Shown: piece after piece, positions 28,401-29,314 of the stretch
Position numbering within the stretch: the first letter of the stretch is position 1
Layout of the letters: every line of letters begins with the position of its first letter
Source: a bacterium
GTDB lineage: Bacteria; Cyanobacteriota; Vampirovibrionia; Gastranaerophilales; JBAXKC01
DNA: 29,314 bases
Direction of reading: 5' to 3'
Assembly: GCA_037137535.1 (NCBI GenBank)
Contig: JBAXKC010000031.1
Location: forward strand, 1-29,314
Translations under genes and position numbers: made by a program
The notes under the pieces: generated by a model
Databases searched by the model: none
What the model saw: only the letters and a program-made list of their open reading frames with translations
What the model was told of the DNA's origin: nothing

Positions 28401-29312
28401 AACATCAATTTTAGTTTCAAGCCTTTTTATATTTTGTTCAAAATATGCTATTTCAGGTTTTTGAGCCAAGTTATTATCGATATTTCCAAGAATATTACTA
28501 ATAGCGGTATTTATACGGTTAAGGCTTTCATCAATTATAGTTACGGCTTCGGCATTACTGTCTATAATAGCATTTTTACTCGTGTCTATTTCTTCTTTTA
28601 TTTGAGTAATATTTTCATTAGAAATAGTTATAAGATTTTCTGAAACATAATGCACTCCATCTTGAAGCTTTGCTATTTCAGCGTTTATTTGTTCAATTTC
28701 AGAGGAATGATTAATATTATTTATTTTTGAGGATATTTCTTCAATAATACCTTTTATTTCAGCTATATCCTGAGTTTTAGTATCATTTAATATAACATTT
28801 ACTATTTCTTTGACTTTTTCGTTTAATAAAGTAAATTGAGAATCGCCAGTTTCTGTTTCAATAGAGTCTTTAAGAAGATTATTTAGTGATTGAAGATAGG
28901 TTTTTACTTCATTTATTTCATCCGAAGAAGATTTTTGTTCTAATAATTCTAATATTTCTTGTATTTGTTCTTTTTTAGAGAATTCAGCAGATATAGTCTC
29001 AAGTTTTTCTGAAACAAAATGGACACCTTCTTGAATTTTTGAAGATTCAGCAAGAACTTGTTCAATCTGTGTAGATTTAGCGGTATCATTTATTTTTACG
29101 GCTATGTCTTCAATAACTTCTTTTATTATTAATAAATCATCTGAATTGTTGTTACTTAAAATGGTATTAATTACTGTTTCAATTTTTTCGTTTAATAATG
29201 AGAACTGAGAATTATTTGCTTCTGCATCAACAGCTTCTTCAAGTAGGTTATTTAAGGCCTGAAGATAGGTTTTTACTTCATTTATTTCATCCGAAGAAGA
29301 TTTTTGTTCTAA
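25419..29312 (-). CDS. Giant acidic coiled-coil/helical repeat protein, 5'-truncated by the window (at least 1297 aa)
   Basis: Manual translation shows the frame stays open from GTG 28655 up to the window edge. Confidence 0.85.
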   Translation of the reverse strand, partial: LEQKSSSDEINEVKTYLQALNNLLEEAVDAEANNSQFSLLNEKIETVINTILSNNNSDDLLIIKEVIEDIAVKINDTAKSTQIEQVLAESSKIQEGVHFVSEKLETISAEFSKKEQIQEILELLEQKSSSDEINEVKTYLQSLNNLLKDSIETETGDSQFTLLNEKVKEIVNVILNDTKTQDIAEIKGIIEEISSKINNINHSSEIEQINAEIAKLQDGVHYVSENLITISNENITQIKEEIDTSKNAIIDSNAEAVTIIDESLNRINTAISNILGNIDNNLAQKPEIAYFEQNIKRLETKIDVLADSDITDCIELLISELRNNIEEKQAQLANKIEALTNNASSNSNNIRESLEIIYNNLTDLHSTTSQLNLEEKLNGSLVVLFDEIKTLFSSYENKIDSISEVLNSQNDLSPELNELKDILNLQNEKITIIEHFVKLQPSAEDYSEKLEPLFSQYNNQFDQIIDAINSKATNEALIGELKPILIEQENKIQSLYNYISDITPETDKKINRLIELIEQNNELISSEDKNNELQDNLITMEANLNEIKGTVGLNSTNMSELKSIVKNVQEHIDCYINAESSDYVKTSIHSIIEKIEKINAFASDNTSKSSLEKASSLIEEINDQIQSLKNVDSQLIEQNIISIADQLNAIVEILAINASTSDIEEIKEQLSINNSIMNENASKLELTIIDNITELKQNLNGFEEKLQTLNLSSHSELNDVNDNLRQNMELVKIEIGLFTKKITDIEENLNGSLSASLSGQIGETKDTLLHKYGELSQNISEFQGKIIEIENALTSSQYETSKLFGHSDEILNTVTTLYEIVSNIENITNSINDSSQASEFKLDAVNNKVDDIDVGLIQLSGNIETLSEKVQVFSTEYETIKQNIDTVPEMAQNLSQLNENFAESTKAISNVHSLLTESQNSLKNDNELIHNNFEGLKAEFQNIVEKFNKCNEDVSDISNRTNKLIITSSENSETLKQNLSTFKETFEEIKQKTSGGIEEIQNILNKNFEIPSTEIKNLINENISISKSTLPSALQNTEVIKNAIIQMAEWIDGAGALLEEINARTIDITGNSKDDEILNTVNTLNETLKVLNEKIELNSSISYQNNENLRNVIQNINSSISSIPVETSDSINGRLDLLANQINKSQNTSNITGEINNISSALENFENSLKHDIDKISSKFENSQNLNSKLLNALESNISGTKLEINQEISRLSNKFQSLEQRFERLEEKIDALSEAPTPAKSDEEIKTILEYIAGQVTAGNESGKWKAIVVKKLDNVERRVASFENSIKKMNQFWEE

Positions 29313-29314
29313 TA
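28620..29314 (-). repeat. 369-bp (123-aa) intragenic tandem repeats
   Basis: 28891-28945 is identical to 29260-29314 (55 nt); GVHYVSE and GVHFVSE recur at 369-nt spacing. Confidence 0.9.

Noticed and set aside
649..28643. Short ORF-track entries antisense or out of frame within longer genes (e.g. 649-900, 1337-1666, 13611-13946, 19248-19541, 25369-25695)
   Set aside because: Shadow ORFs of well-supported genes
25419..28655. 1078-aa protein starting at GTG 28655, or an SMC/MCP call
   Set aside because: The frame continues to the window edge; no Walker or chemoreceptor signalling motif was seen

Overview
AT-rich bacterial chromosomal window, most consistent with a non-photosynthetic cyanobacterial relative (Vampirovibrionia/Melainabacteria, e.g. 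Gastranaerophilales-like). This is inferred from DUF561/Ycf23, a cyanobacterial-type short EF-Ts, and cyanobacterial-like pilMNO(P)Q and ClpC N-domain sequences, mixed with Firmicute-like genes (YvyF-like, hit-rpsU). Core genes are tsf, rpsB, an Hsp20, pilM-N-O-(P)-Q, smpB, a dapL-like aminotransferase, mtnA, rpsU (missed by the ORF track) and a HIT protein. No integrase, transposase, tRNA, rRNA or CRISPR array was seen. Most notable observations: (1) an accessory-gene accretion site between dapL and mtnA, with a 46/50-nt, mostly synonymous duplicate of the mtnA 3' end bracketing a TPR gene and a 27/28-nt duplicated hairpin bracketing an XRE-cupin-PhzF cassette; (2) an ATPase-less protein made of three tandem ClpC N-domains; (3) a predicted PRPP-dependent ribofuranosyltransferase (HAD + gPRT) directly behind pilQ, sharing a 93-aa C-terminal module with a GT2 4.4 kb away; (4) a GC-rich four-way-junction leader upstream of rpsB; (5) a RacA-like HTH/coiled-coil protein; (6) a 5'-truncated coiled-coil protein of at least 1297 aa with 123-aa tandem repeats.
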